Source of the DNA: Klebsormidium nitens
Lineage: Eukaryota > Plantae > Klebsormidiophyceae
NCBI GenBank assembly: GCA_000708835.1
Contig: DF237291.1
Location: 1-64,000, forward strand
Direction of reading: 5' to 3'
DNA: 64,000 nt
The position numbers and the translations under genes were made by a program. Below, piece after piece: positions 54,089 through 64,000 of this stretch. Below the pieces are notes generated by a model that saw only the letters and a list, made by a program, of their open reading frames with translations, did no database searches and had not been told where the DNA came from. Position 1 is the stretch's first letter. Every line of letters starts with the position of its first letter.

Positions 54089-56895
54089 ATGTTTGCCCTG
54101 CTGAGCCAACCTGCGGAGCAGCTGTTTGACACCCTGGGCTTGACCAAGGTGGGCCAGCAGGTGGCTGCCTTTCTGGGGGGGGCGCGCACCCCTGCCAAGC
54201 TGCCGCACAGCCCGCCCCCGCCTAGATCTGTCCAGCGAGCAGGCCCGGAGATGAAGCCAGCAGAGCCTACCGACGTGCGGCTACTGGGGATTAACCTGAC
54301 GCGCCAGCCGCGCTGGATCCAGCTGGTCGTGTGCACGGGGGGCTTCTTCTTTGGCTACATCACTAATGGCCTGGCGGAGGAGTATGTCTATAACAGGGCC
54401 GGCTTCAGGTGAGGCACTTCATGCGCCGCAGCCCCCCAGAGCATGCATGCGACAGGCTAGGCGCTGCCAGCGGGGTGGCCATCAAAGACACCTCCCACCT
54501 TTACTAGTGTCCCAGGAATGCTGTGGCCAATTGTGCAATTGGGGTTCTGCGAATTGGCCGAATTAGGATCGCAAGTGGATTAACTGCATGCACAGTGGTA
54601 CCTCTGCGGAGATAGGTGCCATCAGAACTTAAGACTTGCAGAGGTCAAAAAGGGGGCTTGGAGGCCGCATGGTGCAGAGCATGCTGACTGGACCATGCAC
54701 AATCAAGTTAGCTCGATGCAGCTGGTCAGACGAATTGCACAGCTGCCAGTGCCCTGAGAAGTCAATTGGATGTGTCTTGCCGGCCTGCTATCCACTCCAC
54801 TCTGGGCTGCCCGCTGCGGTGAGGTCCCCTGCTGGCTGGGCAGGTCTGTCCCCCGCTTCTCGGGATTCCTTGGCTGACGTTCGGTGTCGGTGTGTGCAGC
54901 TACGGGTGGTACTTCACATTTGTGCAAGGCTTTGTGTACATTGGCCTCATCATGGCGCAGGGCTTTCGCCCGAAGCACTGTGTGAACCCGTGGGGCCTAT
55001 ACGTCAAGATCAGTGCGGTGCTCATGTTCTCCACCGGCCTCACCAAGGGCTCTCTCGCCTACCTCAACTACCCGGCGCAGATCATGTTCAAGTCCACCAA
55101 GGTCAGTGCGCCGCCCGCATTACCGCAGGCACCCCCACCATCTTTTTACCCACAGCATTGTCTTGTTTGCAAGCCACCTGGACGCAGCTGCCCCTTCGCT
55201 TGGTTCGCCTGTCCCTGCTCGGTAATTCTTATGGGGACTACCTTCGGGGAGGACCTCAGCCACAGGAAGAGCCTCGCATGTTATGCCCCTTGCCTGCCAC
55301 CGCCACTATGAAGCGCGCTCTGCCCCTTCTTCTCAACATATTTGCTGTGTGTCGTTGCGCCAGCTGTCCGCATCCTGACGGTGCAGAGCTGCGCTGGTGC
55401 AGGTGCTCCCGGTGATGCTGCTCGGCGCGATGGTCCCGGGGCTGCGGCGGCTGTACAACCTGCAGGAATACGTGTCGGCGCTGCTGCTGGTGCTGGGGCT
55501 GATCCTGTTCACGCTGGCGGACGCGGCGTCGTCGCCCAACTTCCAGATGGTGGGCGTGATCATGGTGTGCACCGCGCTGCTGCTGGACGCCATCCTGGGG
55601 AACATGCAGGAGGCCATCTTTGCGGTCAACCCCGCCACATCGCAGGTCAGCGCACGCATGCTTGCACGGGCCAGCTTCTTGAAGCAAAGCTGGGGCTCAT
55701 TCTGAGGGCGGCCCGCTTGAAGCAGTGGGAAGGAGAGTGCGTGGGCAGGGAGAACTTTCCTTCTTGTTGGGCTGGGTGGTAAGAGAGAGGAGGCTTTGTG
55801 AAGACATGTGGAAGCTCAAATCAAAGGGACACACCCCTTTGGTTTTCAGTTTACCACATCAGTCGATGCCCTGGTGACTGTATGTACAGTGGGCTCCTCT
55901 GATTGCCGTTTGAGTTTCGAATTTTATCAGACTGTGCCAATCCTTGTGTACTCTCAGGGCCGTGCCCCTTTTGAAAGGTTTCCTCCGAGAATCGGTTTCT
56001 AGAGAGCTACCTGGATGGCTGCCTTGCTTGTCTGGCCCCCAAAGTAAGCGTGTGGCGTGGGCGTGCGGTGCAGACGGAGCTGCTGTTCTGCACGACCATT
56101 GTGGGCATGCCCTTCCTGCTGGGCCCCATGGTGGCCACGGGGGAGCTGTTTGAGGCGTGGAGCGCGGGGATGGCGCACCCGTACATCTACGGGGTCATCA
56201 TCTTGGAGGCTTTTGCCACCTACATCGGCCAGCTGTCCGTGCTGTCGCTAATTGCCCTCTTTGGCGCGGCCACCACCGCCATGGTGAGGACCACACTTGC
56301 CAAAACCAGTGGATGATCATTAGCATAGTCGTTGAAGTCAGCTGTGCGCGATATGTTGGTGAAACGGCTGAACAGCATGATTGCACGATTCTAGTCTTCT
56401 GTTGACCACTAGTTCGAAACGTTTGGCACTGCCTTCCAGGTGCCGCTTCCCACAATCGGGGTTGGTTGTGGTGCCACCATGTGTATTGGTCAGAAGTGGC
56501 TCTAAAGAATAGTAGACACGAATCGCTGGAAAGCAGTCGGCAGGCAGTTTCCGCAGGATACCACCTTCTTTCGGCGGGAATCTACAGCCTCCGGCTGGTG
56601 TGCTGATGTGGGCTGGGCCGGTGTGCTACCTGCGCAGGTGACGACGTTGCGCAAGGTGTTTACGCTGCTGCTGTCGTACCTGATCTTCACCAAGCCGCTG
56701 CTGGGGCAGCACTGCGTGGGGCTGCTGCTCATCTCGTCCGGCATCGGCCTCAAGATGACGCCCGACTTCATGCCCACCCCGAGCTTCATGAAGCCTGCGC
56801 GGGCATCCCCGTCCAAGCCGGAGGTCCGGTATTCGCCCGTAGAGGACGAGAGGATGGAGGAGGGGCGCGAGAAGGAGGGGGACAACACCAGGTGA
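54089..56895 (+). CDS. UTR2: UDP-galactose/UDP-glucose transporter 2/4-like (SLC35B3 family; ~410 aa, 5 exons)
   Basis: Exons 54089-54408, 54900-55101, 55403-55645, 56074-56283, 56638-56895. Motifs [76 protein letters not shown]. Confidence 0.93.
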
Positions 56896-58057
56896 TGGAG
56901 CCCGGCCAAGCAAACGTCAGTGTCCCCAGTCTCCTTGCCTAGAAAGGCGGGGCGCTCAGTCGGCCTCTGAGTCGGTATAGAGGTGTCTAAAAAGTCGGAG
57001 TTGTCGTCTTTAGAGTCTGTGCCGCTGCGTAGTTAGACTGTAGTGGGGCGTACTTAGAGTCGGCTTACAGCCACTGCTTGGGGACGGTCATTACACTGGT
57101 GAACAGGAATAGAAAAGGGTGGGTGCTAACAGTCAATACCCTGGCTCGCAATCAGAGCCAGTAACACAACGAGGCCGAACATAGGACGCGGTAGATCCAT
57201 AACATATTGCCTTCGGCATCCTTGGGTCCTAATCAACGCGAATTGACTTAGAAGCGCTCGCCAGTAGTGCACATAGGAACACTTGGAGGAACAGAAATCG
57301 TCAGCGGATCATCTGATCTGCTGCACGATTACGCAACAAATCAGCCCAACAGCCGCATGAGTCATGCAGCTTCGCAACATGCATGGCCTGCAGTTGTAGA
57401 GTGCTTCGACTGAGCCTGGCGTGGCCTGCAACAGGCTTGTATGTATCTGCAATGGGAGAGTAGAATTTGCGAAATGGGGATTGCAGCCTAATTGGAACAT
57501 ACGCGTGGGGGCCCTAGAGCAGGCTGTACTTAACTGCATAAATTCCGTACGTTTCTCCAGACTCGCGTTAGCCTAGAACCTAGTCACATATGCGGCGGGG
57601 CGGCCATGCGGCACTACTGAATCTCATGCCATATGCAACCCATGAGCACAGTCCAATCTCATCTTATACTTCAATCGAGTCCGGGTGCATATACACAGAA
57701 TGCGGATGTTGTGCATCGCGGCTATATGTCCACGATTATTCTTCAAGCCATGAATCGCATTTTTGAACGTCCATTTTCAATTCCGCGGTCAAGGAAGGCT
57801 TGAAGACATGCAGCTACAACCACCTTGGAAATTGAGGTGAGAACTGCCAGAGAACTTAGACCGCAACCTCAGGAAAAACCTCAGTGCTCGTTTGCCTCAC
57901 TCAAAGAGTCGCTTCGTACAGCGTGCTTGACATGACAACGGTCTCAGCTTGCGTCAGTAAGTTAACGGCGGAGAACTGCGTATGGTGCCAGCTTTGGCTG
58001 CTGACTGACATCACAATCGCGAACAACCGCCACTTGAATTTCGATGCTTAAAGGGCA

Positions 58058-63506
<5,449 letters not shown>

Positions 63507-64000
63507 CTGCCACGGAGTCGAATACCGCTCAGAGAGTCGGGCTCCACGAGCATTCGCGGATAACACCGCAGATGGACATTTGAACTACCACCCGGAGCAA
63601 AGAATCGGGCAAACTCGGAAAGGCTGACGTGGCATTCTCAAAACGGCCACCAAAGTCCAGAATCGTCGAGGGACCACAATCGCGAACTTCGCCAGATTTG
63701 ATGTAATGGCGCAAGAATTCTCGACCGTTTCTTCACCATTTTCCCGGTGCCTTTTATGGCAGCAATCCCGACGATTATTCTTTTGGCACCTTCGCATGAC
63801 AACCGCCACGAGAAACAACTCGAAGACCTTTAGTTCCATAGAGCAGAGGTGTTCTCATGTAGAAACGCCATAGTTCAAATCCGGGGTTCCGAAATCTGGA
63901 ACTAACGGAATGTGGGGACCCAAACCCAGGGTGGTGGTCTAACAGAAGGAGGAGGCCAGGGCTACGAGGCTTGGAGTGGCGTGCAACAGGCAACAAACAA

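Overview
Intron-rich eukaryotic nuclear DNA with GC-rich conserved exons and GT-AG introns (one GC-AG). The mix of land-plant-type genes with a motile-cilium gene suggests a streptophyte alga, Klebsormidium-like; this is inference, not a database match. I reconstructed 12 spliced protein-coding genes by hand. In order: group C/S-like bZIP (+), DEG10 protease (-), small plastid-type membrane protein (+), NADK2 (+), fungal/bacterial-type phosphoesterase (-), plastid UMP kinase (-), single-pass plastid-type protein (+), NOP2 (-), TTC29 (+), an unrecognised disordered-repeat protein with a degenerate cNMP-binding domain (+), HMA5-type Cu-ATPase (-), and UTR2-type nucleotide-sugar transporter (+). 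A thirteenth gene, an ABCC/MRP transporter (-), is 5'-truncated by the window. All complete exon chains sum to multiples of three. The most unusual items are an AT-rich array of about 17 palindromic 24-bp units with 300-bp higher-order structure in HMA5 intron 3, and the WRPxGL-repeat/cNMP-domain protein. Also notable are dense GTAC clusters upstream of three genes, a bZIP-site palindrome upstream of the bZIP gene, and the PhoA/SapM-type phosphatase. I found no supportable tRNA, rRNA, CRISPR or intact transposase.
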